DNA of 64,000 nucleotides from an uncultured delta proteobacterium (GTDB lineage Bacteria; Desulfobacterota; RBG-13-43-22). The notes beneath the pieces are model-generated. The model did no database searches. It was not told where the DNA came from and saw only the letters and a program-made list of their open reading frames with translations. Of the stretch, positions 48,043-58,055 are shown one piece after another. How positions within the stretch are numbered: position 1 is the first letter of the stretch; every line of letters starts with the position of its first letter. The stretch covers positions 736,001 to 800,000 of the forward strand of contig CAWBOS010000006.1 in NCBI GenBank assembly GCA_963790475.1, in the 5' to 3' direction. The translations under genes were made by a program, and so were the position numbers.

Positions 48043-48729
48043 TTAGGTTGTTTGAGCGACCTTTAATCTTGTAAAAACAGCCCCTCTTGCCCAGGCGCGG
48101 ATGGCCTCCCAGTTGCGGAAATCGCCTTCCGGGGACTGGATGATTTTTTTATTCAACCAAGAGAGGTTGCTGTAATGCATCGCTCCGGCAAAGGGTTCAA
48201 TATCGACCGGCTTTACTTGGGGTATGGTTTGAAGAACAGGGTCTAAAAAGGATAATGCTTTACGTCGATTCTCTTCCGTTGGCTGGCGTATGGTCATGCA
48301 GACCATAAAATAAGCCACAGGAATCTGACTCAGTAGGTCAGCGTTGGCCTTGACGAAATTCACCGCTTCCGACATCCAATTGCCCCGATAAATGGCACTG
48401 CCCACAACTGCACCTTGATAGGAACTCAAGCTTCTTACGTTTCTCACTAAACAAACATCCGCCTTCGCCCCCTTACTGCATAATTCTTTCCCGATGGCCT
48501 CGGCCACACCGCCGGTGGAGCCGTACTCGCTGGCGTAGGCGACTAATATTTTTTTGGCCATATTATTATTTTTGTCTCCGCATCTTGATTCAGGGAAGAC
48601 GATTGAAGCAGCATAACCGGATCCTGCCGCCGAGATGCTTCCCAAGGATAGGGTCCCGATGATCCCCCCGGCCAGCGCCAAAAAATCCCGGCGACCCATA
48701 CCTCGTTGTTTGTTGTCCTTCGTTCCCAT
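48043..48729 (-). CDS. Tat-exported flavodoxin-domain (HemG-like) protein
   Basis: GRRDFL signal; YASEYGSTGGVAE, GSAIY, DFRNWEAIRAWA. Confidence 0.85.
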   Translation of the reverse strand: MGTKDNKQRGMGRRDFLALAGGIIGTLSLGSISAAGSGYAASIVFPESRCGDKNNNMAKKILVAYASEYGSTGGVAEAIGKELCSKGAKADVCLVRNVRSLSSYQGAVVGSAIYRGNWMSEAVNFVKANADLLSQIPVAYFMVCMTIRQPTEENRRKALSFLDPVLQTIPQVKPVDIEPFAGAMHYSNLSWLNKKIIQSPEGDFRNWEAIRAWARGAVFTRLKVAQTT

Positions 48730-48814
48730 GAATGCTCCTTTTTTTAAATGTATTTTTGACTACAGAAAAGCCCCTTCTCCACTTCCTTCAGAGGGCTTCA
48801 CTGCTCTATCCGAA

Positions 48815-49330
48815 TCATGACCGGTGATATTTCATTCTTTCCTTGATTTCATCTGTAATCATCCGCTTTTGTTTGCTGTCCAAAGTGTTATAAAAATCCA
48901 GAAAGAGCCCCAGACTTTTATCCAAGAAAGCGGACATCTCATTTATTTTTGACTTCATGGATTCAATCATCAACGGAAGGTTGGGATCTTCCCGGTCCAT
49001 TTCCTCATGGAACTTTTCCCTCATTTTCTGGTGATCGCTCATAGCCGTAGAAAAATGAGCTTTCAAGTTTTCTTTAAGCACCTCATATTTCGCTTTTTGC
49101 TTCTCGGTCAGGTTCAGTTCCTTGGCCTTTTTGTCCATACGCCAGAGGATAAATTCGGCCATATCCTTACCATGGGTCATTGAATGGAAACCCCGGTCAT
49201 GAAAATGGGGGCGAAAGCCTCCGCACCAATAACCCCGCGGCCCGTAGGCGGAAACCAAGCTGTAGCCGGCCAGAATCACTACCAACAAAAAAATACCGCT
49301 CCCCATAAAGACTTTGTTTCTTGTTTTCAT
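48815..49330 (-). CDS. Spy/CpxP-family periplasmic protein
   Basis: Signal/TM, G/H-rich segment, ELNLTEKQ and TLDSKQ (LTxxQ) repeats. Confidence 0.8.
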   Translation of the reverse strand: MKTRNKVFMGSGIFLLVVILAGYSLVSAYGPRGYWCGGFRPHFHDRGFHSMTHGKDMAEFILWRMDKKAKELNLTEKQKAKYEVLKENLKAHFSTAMSDHQKMREKFHEEMDREDPNLPLMIESMKSKINEMSAFLDKSLGLFLDFYNTLDSKQKRMITDEIKERMKYHRS

Positions 49331-49424
49331 TTCAGACTCCTTTCTTTGACTATGTGTTTGATGGTCTATCCTTGAAATTGGTCTTCACGCTACAGGAAAG
49401 ATGTAAAGAATCTTTTTTGCGCTT

Positions 49425-49460
49425 GTAAAAGTTTGTTAAATAAATGTAAAAGAAGGTAAA
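49425..49460 (+). promoter_or_regulatory. Tandem CpxR-type boxes in divergent intergenic region
   Basis: GTAAA-N5-GTTAA (49425) and GTAAA-N5-GTAAA (49446). Confidence 0.65.
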
Positions 49461-49474
49461 AAGAGGTGACAAAC

Positions 49475-50178
49475 ATGGGAAATCTGGTTTTAATTGTCGA
49501 CGACGATGAAAAACTCCAAAAACTCCTCAAGGAGTACCTGGAGAATAACGGATTTCGTGTCCTGGGCCTCGGGACGGATCTCATGTTCTGGAAACCATCC
49601 GAAAGGAATCTCCGGATCTGGTGATTCTGGATATTATGCTGCCGGGAAAGGATGGTTTGGAAATATTGAAGGAGATCAGGCGGGATTTCGACCTGCCGGT
49701 CATGATGCTCACGGCCAAGGGGGAAGATACGGATCGTATTGTGGGTCTGGAATTGGGGGGAGATGACTATCTGGCCAAACCTTTTAATCCCAGGGAACTA
49801 TTGGCCAGGATAAAGGCGATTTTACGACGGGCCGGACCAGGAGTTCCATTTGATTCCGATGCCCGGAAACCTGTTTTCATCAAAGCCGGTGGGTTGACAC
49901 TGAATACGGCCAGGCAGACGGTCTCAACGGAAAAGCGCGAAATAGAACTGTCTTCGGCCGAGTACCGGATACTGGAAGTATTGATGAAAAACCCCAATAC
50001 CGTCTTGAGCCGGGATCAGCTTATGACCTTGGCCCGCGGCAGAGATTTCATGGCCTTTGACCGGAGCATCGATGTCCATATCAGCAAATTACGGGCCAAA
50101 TTGGAGTCGGACCCCCATTCTCCCCGAAGGATAAAAACCATATGGGGGAGCGGTTATATGTTTATAGATGAGCCATGA
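49475..50178 (+). pseudogene. OmpR/CpxR-family response regulator split by a 1-nt frameshift near 49570
   Basis: MGNLVLIVDDDEKL in one frame, DGSHVLETIRKESPDLVILDIMLPG...RSIDVHISKLR in another. Confidence 0.85.
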
Positions 50179-51602
50179 GACCGGGAAAACTTTATATCAA
50201 GATCCTTTTATCCTTTCTGGCTGTCCTGTTCATAACCATGATGGTGGTTTTTGCCCTGTTTCACGCTTTGCCGGTTCAACGTTTCAATGCCCGTTTGGAA
50301 GATTTCGCCCAAACAAAGGCCCTCATCGTCAAAGAGGCGGTTGAAGAAAAAATACGATCGGCACCGAACACAGATTTGTCTAAAAATGAACCGTTAAAAA
50401 ATTTTATTCTGGACTTTGGTAAAATTTTGGGGGCCAAGGTCTGGCTGCAAAATTCGGACAATACCATACCTGTCAAATCGTTCCCGGATGAGATTCCGGA
50501 AATCGTTTTCAAGCTTAAAAGAAAGCATGCTCTGGTATATGGCGATATAACCATTTACCACCACAGACGTTTGGATTTATACGCGGTTATACCCGTTGTC
50601 CTTCTAAGGGGAGAAAGGGGAACTATCCACGTGTTGTTTGACACTACGGAAAGGTCCTCCCATCCGGACCATCCCGAAGGATTTTTTGCCCTGGGATTGA
50701 TCATTATCGGTCTAATGGCCGCTTTGCTCTTCATTCCCTTGTCGTGGATCATCACCGCTCGGCTCAAAAAACTTCGCCAATCGGCTTTGACTATTTCGGA
50801 AGGCAATCTTTCCCATAGGGTGGCCATTCGCGGTCGAGATGAAATCAGTGAGTTGTCCCAATCCTTTAATCAAATGGCCGACAAGCTGGAAGCCATGATT
50901 GTAAATGCCAGGGAGTTGACTGCCAATGTCTCTCATGAGCTTCGCACGCCCCTGACCAGGATCAGGATTTCCGAAGAGATCCTCCGTGAAAAACTGAAAC
51001 CCGGGGATGTTGCCCTTTACGAAAGACACCTCGATGAGATACGTGAAGATATTCAGGAGTTGGATCAACTCATCGGCCGAATCCTGGAATGGTCCAAACT
51101 GGATATGCAGGCATCACCTCTGGTCTTCGCCCCCTTCGACCCAACAGAGCTTATGGGGGAGCTCCTTCGACGGCTTCAACCGGTGACTGACCGCAAGCAT
51201 CTGAAAGTTGTTTCCGACTTGTCATTTTCCCCCCCTTTTTCAGGGGACAAAGAGGCCCTGGCCACGGCCTTTTTAAACATCCTGGATAATGCCGCCAAAT
51301 TCACTTCGGAAAAAGGTCAAATCCATATCCGGATGCAACCGCAATCCGACTTTTTAGAGATCAGTATCACAAACAGCTTCGAGAAAATACCAGAAGAAGA
51401 GCTTTCCAGGATTTTTGTCCCCTTCCATCGGGCCAAACTATCCAAGGCCGGCGGTTCCGGCCTGGGGCTGGCTATTGCCAAAAAGATCATCGACCGGCAT
51501 GGAGGAAATATTGGGGCTTATAATGCAGAAAAGGGGTTCGAGATTAGAATATCCCTGCCCCGTAACGCGCCCGGGGAGGGGTCAAGAAAAAGTCCTGTCT
51601 AA
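50175..51602 (+). CDS. HAMP-domain sensor histidine kinase (CpxA-like)
   Basis: Two TMs, HAMP, SHELRTPL, NAAKF, GSGLGL. Confidence 0.93.
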   Translation: MRPGKLYIKILLSFLAVLFITMMVVFALFHALPVQRFNARLEDFAQTKALIVKEAVEEKIRSAPNTDLSKNEPLKNFILDFGKILGAKVWLQNSDNTIPVKSFPDEIPEIVFKLKRKHALVYGDITIYHHRRLDLYAVIPVVLLRGERGTIHVLFDTTERSSHPDHPEGFFALGLIIIGLMAALLFIPLSWIITARLKKLRQSALTISEGNLSHRVAIRGRDEISELSQSFNQMADKLEAMIVNARELTANVSHELRTPLTRIRISEEILREKLKPGDVALYERHLDEIREDIQELDQLIGRILEWSKLDMQASPLVFAPFDPTELMGELLRRLQPVTDRKHLKVVSDLSFSPPFSGDKEALATAFLNILDNAAKFTSEKGQIHIRMQPQSDFLEISITNSFEKIPEEELSRIFVPFHRAKLSKAGGSGLGLAIAKKIIDRHGGNIGAYNAEKGFEIRISLPRNAPGEGSRKSPV

Positions 51603-51971
51603 AGGACCAGGAGTTAGGCGGCGTTAGGCTCTATTCAAGTCCAATCCTTAGCCAAACAGATATGTGCCCCTACTATTAAAGATAGTGACCAGGACGTTGT
51701 GGTGACCGGGACATCCTATAATGATCCTGTCAAGAAAGAATATAGCCTTCAAAGAAAAATATATCTCCAGGGCACAGATTGGCAGGAAACCTCAACCCGA
51801 AATCAGAAACCCAAAATGGTAATACCTTTTTCAGTTTTGATTGAAAACGGGCTTTTTGTATTTTTATTGACTTGCTTTATTAGATGTATTTTTATACCAA
51901 AGACCCTATAGGGATTAAAAAGGCGTCAAAAAAATATGGGCTTAATCATTTGAAAGGAGATGACCTGAAAG

Positions 51972-53426
51972 ATGCCAGTTATCAATAAACTGCCGGAACA
52001 TAAAACCAAAATCGTTTGCACTATTGGCCCGGCTACTCGATCTCAAGTTGTTTTAAAAGAACTGATCAGGCAGGGGATGAATGTGGCCCGACTCAACTTT
52101 GCCCATGGCTCCCTTGAAGAACACCGGGAGGATATTCGGCTTATACGATCATTATCGGAAAAGATGGATATGGTTTGTCCTATCCTGGTAGACCTCCCGG
52201 GGCCCAAGATCCGTATCGGAAAACTATTTTCGGATCCTTTGATTCTGAAAAAGGGGGAGCTGGTGACCCTGTTTACCGCTGAGTCTACCAACGACCCTTC
52301 TCGAATACCCGTGGATTATCAAAAATTGCTTGAGAGTGTTTCCAGGAGAGGGACGGTCTACCTCAATGATGGCTTTATTCAATTGCGTGTAATGGAGATC
52401 ACAAACAATGACGTGGTATGTAAGGTGATCATGGGCGGCTCTTTACTTTCTCATAAAGGATTAAACCTTCCCAAGGCCAAGACCATGGCCGACCCGGTAA
52501 CCGATGAGGATTTGGATTTGGTCAATTTTGGTCTGAAAGAAGGACTAAAAATATTCAGTCTCTCCTTTGTTGAACAGGCCGAAGACATTGTCAAAGTCAG
52601 AGAATTTGCCAGAAAAAAGGGGAAAAATATTCATCTCATCGCCAAAATCGAACGGGCCGAGGCCGTAAAAAATATCAATTCCATCCTTAAAGCAGCCGAT
52701 GGGATTATGATCGCTCGAGGGGATCTGGGGGTGGAAATCCCCATTGAAAATGTGCCGGCCGTTCAAAAGAGGCTGATTTATCAGGCCAATCTCCTGGGAA
52801 GGCCGGTTATCACCGCCACCCAAATGCTGGAATCCATGACCGAAAATATCCGCCCCACCCGAGCCGAGGTCACCGATGTGGCCAATGCCATTTTGGATGG
52901 CAGCGATGCCGTTATGCTCTCAGAAGAAACGGCCATCGGGCGTTATCCTGTTGAAACGGTGAAAATGATGGTTCGCATCGCCAATTCCATCGAGAAACAA
53001 AGGAAAACGCTCAACCCGGCCACCCATTCTTATGACTATCTTAAAATGGATATAGGGCGGGAAAAGGTATCGGTAAGTAACGCGATCTCCCTGAATGTCA
53101 TGGAGGCCTTGAGGGTATTGAAAATTAAATTGATTCTGGCTCCCACCCATACGGGAACCACACCTCGCCGGATTTCGCGGTTTAAACCCGATTGTTGGGT
53201 CTTGGCTTTTTGCCTGGATAAACCAACCCGGAATTTCTTGTCCTTATCCTATGGAGTTTCTCCCTTTTTATTAGAGGGGAAGGATCCTTTTCAATACGAT
53301 AATCTTCTGGCTTTCCTCAAGGAGCACCATCTGGCCTACAAGGGGGATCGGCTCATTTTGACCGAAATGGTTGCCCCCGGCCAGACGGGAGGAATCAATT
53401 CCCTCAATTTCATCACCTTGACCTAA
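51972..53426 (+). CDS. pyk: Pyruvate kinase
   Basis: TKIVCTIGPA, ARGDLGVE, TATQMLESM, DAVMLSEETA. Confidence 0.97.
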   Translation: MPVINKLPEHKTKIVCTIGPATRSQVVLKELIRQGMNVARLNFAHGSLEEHREDIRLIRSLSEKMDMVCPILVDLPGPKIRIGKLFSDPLILKKGELVTLFTAESTNDPSRIPVDYQKLLESVSRRGTVYLNDGFIQLRVMEITNNDVVCKVIMGGSLLSHKGLNLPKAKTMADPVTDEDLDLVNFGLKEGLKIFSLSFVEQAEDIVKVREFARKKGKNIHLIAKIERAEAVKNINSILKAADGIMIARGDLGVEIPIENVPAVQKRLIYQANLLGRPVITATQMLESMTENIRPTRAEVTDVANAILDGSDAVMLSEETAIGRYPVETVKMMVRIANSIEKQRKTLNPATHSYDYLKMDIGREKVSVSNAISLNVMEALRVLKIKLILAPTHTGTTPRRISRFKPDCWVLAFCLDKPTRNFLSLSYGVSPFLLEGKDPFQYDNLLAFLKEHHLAYKGDRLILTEMVAPGQTGGINSLNFITLT

Positions 53427-53576
53427 TAAGGGGTTTACAAATCTAAGGTTTTGATGTGCCAGTTTTAGATTTTACCAACTTTTCTTCTAAAATTATTTTA
53501 TATACTTTGTGCTAAAAGGTTATCCTTAAATTCATGACCTTCAGAAGATAGCGTCCATGTTTCAGAAAGGTCGCTG

Positions 53577-53652
53577 ATAGCAAGAGTTGGCTTACCCGGC
53601 ATACCTCACAATGTTACACGGCGGGTAGAACGTCGGAGGCAGACTTTTTCTG
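53577..53652 (+). pseudogene. N-terminal remnant of Y1/RAYT-type HUH transposase
   Basis: IARVGLPGIPHNVTRRVERRRQTF resembles ARxxxPGxPHHxTQRGNxRQxxF. Confidence 0.55.
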
Positions 53653-56115
53653 TTAGTCCAGATAAAAATCCGGTCCACTGTCCCCCATGATGATTTCCTT
53701 TTCCTGAAGTTTTCTGACCTCTTCATCACTCAACCCTAGCAGATTCTTAAGCACGTAATCATTATGCTCTCCAAGCAAGGGCGCGTGTCGGTTTGGCTTT
53801 TGCAGTCCGCTGATCTTCCAGGGCGTGTCGATGATTTCCAGCGGACCGATCTCCGGATGCTCGATTTGCAGGAAAGCGTTTCTCTCGCGGAAATGCGGAT
53901 CGGCATAGACATCCCTGGCCTCCCGGGAAGGGGAGGCGGCCAAACCGGCTTTGCAAAATTCATTAACCATCCAGTCGCGGTCCCGCAAGGATGTCCAGGA
54001 TTCGATGAGGCGATCCAGCTCTTTCTCATTTTGTTTGCGCGAGGCTCTGTCCGCAAATCTGGGATCTTCTACTAAGTCGGGTCTGGCAAGTATTTTAGCC
54101 AGTATGGCGAATTCCTGGTCCGAATGAATCTCAAGTGCCAACCATCGATCCACACCCCAGCATCGGTAGACATTATGAGGGCAATAAAAAGGATGCCTGT
54201 TTCCCAGGCGTTCCTGGATTTGGCCGGTCATGGAATACCCGAGCAGAGTTTCACCGATCAGGCTGCTCACCCCTTCACACTGAGAGAAATCGATAAATTG
54301 GCCTTCCCCTGTTTTAGCGCGGTGATTCAGGGCGGCCAGGCAGGCATAGGCCAGGGTGAGTCCGTTCATCAGATCCGCATCTCCCGGTGTCCCATGGGTG
54401 GGATGACTTTCCGGATGTCCGGAGATATAGGCCGCTCCCCCAATGGCCTGGTGAATGGTGGCAAAACCCAGGTAGTCGGTATGAGGCCCGCCATATCCAC
54501 GACTGGAAAGGGTGGCGACAATGATATCCCCTCGGACTTTTTTAAGTTCTTCGTAACCGAGCCCCAGTTTATCCATGGCCCCCGGCCGCATATTATCAAT
54601 AACCAGATCGCTTTTGGCTGCCAGTTGCCTGGCAATCCGAACTCCGTCAGGCTTGCTCAAATCCAGGGTGAGGCTCTTTTTATTCAGGTTGACCGTAATA
54701 TTCCCCAGCCCCTGGTTAGGTCGTACTTTGGTGGGGACCGAATCCGGGAGCGGCCAGACTACGGATCTCCGGGTGAGATCGGACCTTTTATGCCCTTCAA
54801 TCTTAATCACCTCGGCCCCAAGCTCGGCCAAGGCCCGGCAGCCGTAGGGGCCGGCCCAGACCCAGCTAAAGTCGAGGACACGGATACCTTCCAGGGGAAG
54901 ACGTGAACATTCGGAAACACTTGTGTTCGCAACGGTGTGTGTTGCTTTTTTCAGGAGTCCTCCACTTGATCCGAATACCTCATTATTGTGCTGACCCAGT
55001 AACGGGGCCGGGCGTTCAATGCCCGGCGGTGAGGCCGTCATCCGATAGGACCAGCCAGGGTAGGGATATTTCCCGGCGACGGGATGTTCGATCTCGATAA
55101 AATATCCCCGCGCCTTATACTGCTCGTTGACCATCAGATCAGCGGCTGTGTTAAAGGGACCGATAGGGATCTTGGCTTTAGCTGCCCGGTGATGAATATC
55201 CTCCTTTTTCTGTTGCCGCATCCAGTCCTCCATCAGAGGTGCGATATCCATAAGGTGGTTCAGGCGATAGTATCGATCATCCCATCGATCACTGGAAGCC
55301 CAGGCTGGTTTTCCCATCAGTTCCCTGAAGGCGCGGAAATGATGATCGTCTGCCGCCCCTAAAACGATATAACCGTCACTCGTTTCCATCCGACCCATGG
55401 CCGGGGGCCGGTCGGGAACGCGGGACCAGGTAGTACCGTGATAACGTGTGCTGGCCACCACTGGACTCACCAGCGCCAGCATGACCTCTTCCAGCGATAT
55501 TTCGACTATTCTGCCTATTCCGGTTTTCGGCCGTCCGACAAATAAGGCCAGTCCGGCCAGGGCAGCGGAAAGACCACCGTGATATCCGGCAAAGAAGCCG
55601 CCCATTTTTACGGGAGAAAGATTGACATCTGCAGAGCGGGCCGGCAGGAGATTGGCCAGGGCCCCTCCGTGAGAAACGGTCAGTTCACCGCCCTTGACCT
55701 TTGATCTCGGTCCGGTTCGCCCGAAGGGGGTGATAGAGATATATATGAGGCCGGGGTTGAGCTGCTGCAACTGATCCCAGACAAAACCATGTTTCTCCAG
55801 AACCTCGGGAGAATGGTTATCAATAAGTATGTCAGCCCATTGAACCAATTCCCCGAATCGTTTCCTTTGGTCGTCTTTTTTCAGATCAAGAGTGACTCCT
55901 TTCTTATTAGTGTTGAGATAGAGAAACAGGGCGCTTTTTTCAGGGTGGGCCGTATGATCGGGAAACGCCCCATAGGAACGAGAAGGATCACCCTCGGGCG
56001 GTTCTACTTTAATGACCTCGGCCCCCAGATCGGCGAAGAGCTTTCCGCAATAGGGTCCTGAAACTTCCTGCGCGAATTCCAGGACTTTCAGATTGTCCAG
56101 AGCTTTTGGAGCCAT
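53653..56115 (-). CDS. Family III CoA-transferase (CaiB/BaiF), two fused domains
   Basis: Two copies of GP...ADLGAEVIK / N.NKK..TLDL / APLLG.HN. Confidence 0.93.
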   Translation of the reverse strand: MAPKALDNLKVLEFAQEVSGPYCGKLFADLGAEVIKVEPPEGDPSRSYGAFPDHTAHPEKSALFLYLNTNKKGVTLDLKKDDQRKRFGELVQWADILIDNHSPEVLEKHGFVWDQLQQLNPGLIYISITPFGRTGPRSKVKGGELTVSHGGALANLLPARSADVNLSPVKMGGFFAGYHGGLSAALAGLALFVGRPKTGIGRIVEISLEEVMLALVSPVVASTRYHGTTWSRVPDRPPAMGRMETSDGYIVLGAADDHHFRAFRELMGKPAWASSDRWDDRYYRLNHLMDIAPLMEDWMRQQKKEDIHHRAAKAKIPIGPFNTAADLMVNEQYKARGYFIEIEHPVAGKYPYPGWSYRMTASPPGIERPAPLLGQHNNEVFGSSGGLLKKATHTVANTSVSECSRLPLEGIRVLDFSWVWAGPYGCRALAELGAEVIKIEGHKRSDLTRRSVVWPLPDSVPTKVRPNQGLGNITVNLNKKSLTLDLSKPDGVRIARQLAAKSDLVIDNMRPGAMDKLGLGYEELKKVRGDIIVATLSSRGYGGPHTDYLGFATIHQAIGGAAYISGHPESHPTHGTPGDADLMNGLTLAYACLAALNHRAKTGEGQFIDFSQCEGVSSLIGETLLGYSMTGQIQERLGNRHPFYCPHNVYRCWGVDRWLALEIHSDQEFAILAKILARPDLVEDPRFADRASRKQNEKELDRLIESWTSLRDRDWMVNEFCKAGLAASPSREARDVYADPHFRERNAFLQIEHPEIGPLEIIDTPWKISGLQKPNRHAPLLGEHNDYVLKNLLGLSDEEVRKLQEKEIIMGDSGPDFYLD

Positions 56116-56551
56116 ATTTGGTTCTCCTTTTTATAAAAAATTGCCTCCTTGGGTAAAAAATCGATTCCTTGGGTCGTCATCGTTATCCAAATATTGGAGG
56201 TTTATTTGAGAAAATAATTCACAGAGGGTTGTCCTGATTGCGGATGGCTGTTTCCCCGGTCACGGGTTTTTTTAAATTATCCCTGCTGTTAAGCTCAAAA
56301 TATCCGGAAAAAATATTAGGGAAACACGGATTGACCTCTCATACCCCACCAGACTAATCCTACCTCGGGGTCCCAGTTTGCGCTTCTATAGTAGCGCCTC
56401 CCGAAGACTTCGTCAAAAAGAAAATGAGGATGCTTTTCTCCTTGCCCCGGTATTTATCTTGCCTTATACTCTCTCCATCAAACAGGACCTTTATATCCAA
56501 CAAGGCATTATAAAAATAAAAAAGGGTATCGTCGCTAAGGGAGGTTTAAAC

Positions 56552-57541
56552 ATGACCAGAGAATTCACTCCGGAATCCATTTATGGCATTGCTCGAAGTT
56601 TTATGGAATGCCGCCTGCTTTTAACGGGCGTAGAGTTGAACCTCTTCAGCCTGGCTGCTTCAACTCCCCTATCCGCAGAAGAGATCGCAGGGAAATTAAA
56701 AGGTGATCTCAGGGCTACAACCATCCTGCTGGATGCCCTAAGTGCATTAGGGTTCCTGGAAAAGAAAGATAATCATTACCGGACAGTTCCTTCCCTGGTC
56801 CCTCTATTATCTGATTCCGAACCCGCATCCATTCTACCGGGCATTCTGCATACGGCTCACCTCTGGCGGACCTGGTCCCAGCTTACCAATGTCGTACTCA
56901 AGGGGAGCCCGTCCAAAGCAGATGCCTCCGGCTTTACCGATGATCGTCTGACAGCCTTTATCGGGGCTATGCACGTGGGTGCGGCCGCAGCGGCCGATGG
57001 TATCGTCGCGGCTATTACCCCTGGTTCGGCAAAAGCACTCATCGATATCGGGGGTGGTTCCGGCACCTACACCATTGCTTTCCTCAAGGCCTCAACTGAA
57101 TTGGAGGCTACGATCTTCGATTTGCCACCGGTCATTGAAATGGCCCGAAAACGGATTACGGAGGCGGGAATGCAGGATCGTGTTACGCTGGTCCCTGGTG
57201 ATTTCTACAAAGATACTCTTCCCTCGGGTCATGACCTGGCACTTTTATCGGCGATTATTCATCAAAACAGTCCCGAACAAAACCGCGCCTTATATCAAAA
57301 TATATTCCAGGCCCTGGATTCCGGAGGCCGGATCGTCATCCGGGACCATGTTATGGAACCGGATCGTACCAGGCCGGTTTCCGGGGCGATTTTCGCGGTT
57401 AACATGCTGGTGAACACCCCCGGAGGAGGAACCTATACCTTTGAGGAGATTAAAGAGGACTTGATTAAGGCCAAGTTTGATCAGGTAAAACTCATACAAA
57501 CCCAAGGGATGTTTTCCTTGGTTGAGGCCTTTAAACTGTAA
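56552..57541 (+). CDS. SAM-dependent O-methyltransferase with dimerisation domain
   Basis: FIGAMH, IDIGGGSG, FDLP, GDF, IIH; ATG 56552 with GGAGG RBS. Confidence 0.9.
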   Translation: MTREFTPESIYGIARSFMECRLLLTGVELNLFSLAASTPLSAEEIAGKLKGDLRATTILLDALSALGFLEKKDNHYRTVPSLVPLLSDSEPASILPGILHTAHLWRTWSQLTNVVLKGSPSKADASGFTDDRLTAFIGAMHVGAAAAADGIVAAITPGSAKALIDIGGGSGTYTIAFLKASTELEATIFDLPPVIEMARKRITEAGMQDRVTLVPGDFYKDTLPSGHDLALLSAIIHQNSPEQNRALYQNIFQALDSGGRIVIRDHVMEPDRTRPVSGAIFAVNMLVNTPGGGTYTFEEIKEDLIKAKFDQVKLIQTQGMFSLVEAFKL

Positions 57542-57772
57542 TTCGGAAGGACAATCAAGAAAAATCTTTATCTGTTTGGCTTGTTGAACAAAATTTTACT
57601 TGGTCTAGGTTTGAAGGGGACATTTGGCCAGTGGAGATAGACCAGGACAAGCCACCGACATCTTAAAAAGAAGTTGCCAGGGCTTTATCCAAAACCTTTC
57701 AATATTCAAAAACTATCCCACTCTATTAGAAAGGTCTTGGAAGAGTGAATTTTTCTTTTCTGATCGGTTTGT

Positions 57773-57900
57773 TTATCTTTTTCGCCCGCTTCCGAAAGGC
57801 GACCCCAGTACCCCCCGAATAATCTGACGCCCGATCTGACTCGCGATGGCATGGGCGGCGCTTTGGGCCATGGCCCCTAGCAGTTTTGAGGTTTCCGATA
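57773..57900 (-). pseudogene. C-terminal remnant of DUF853/YjgR (HerA-like ATPase)
   Basis: LLGAMAQSAAHAIASQIGRQIIRGVLGSPFGSGRKR* with upstream in-frame stop. Confidence 0.6.
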
Positions 57901-58055
57901 ATTATGATTCAATTGGACCTTGCCCCCCTTCACTTTGAGCTAAGTAATTCTGGCAACCTCCTTTTTAATCAGGGGGGAATTTTGTTCAGGGTTGCCAAGG
58001 TTCAGGGCTGCGAAAAAAAGTTGACGGAAGGCCTTTAAAATATGATATGTCTTAT

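Noticed and set aside
56280-56430. GC-richer intergenic patch with small hairpins as a riboswitch
   Set aside because: No recognisable aptamer consensus
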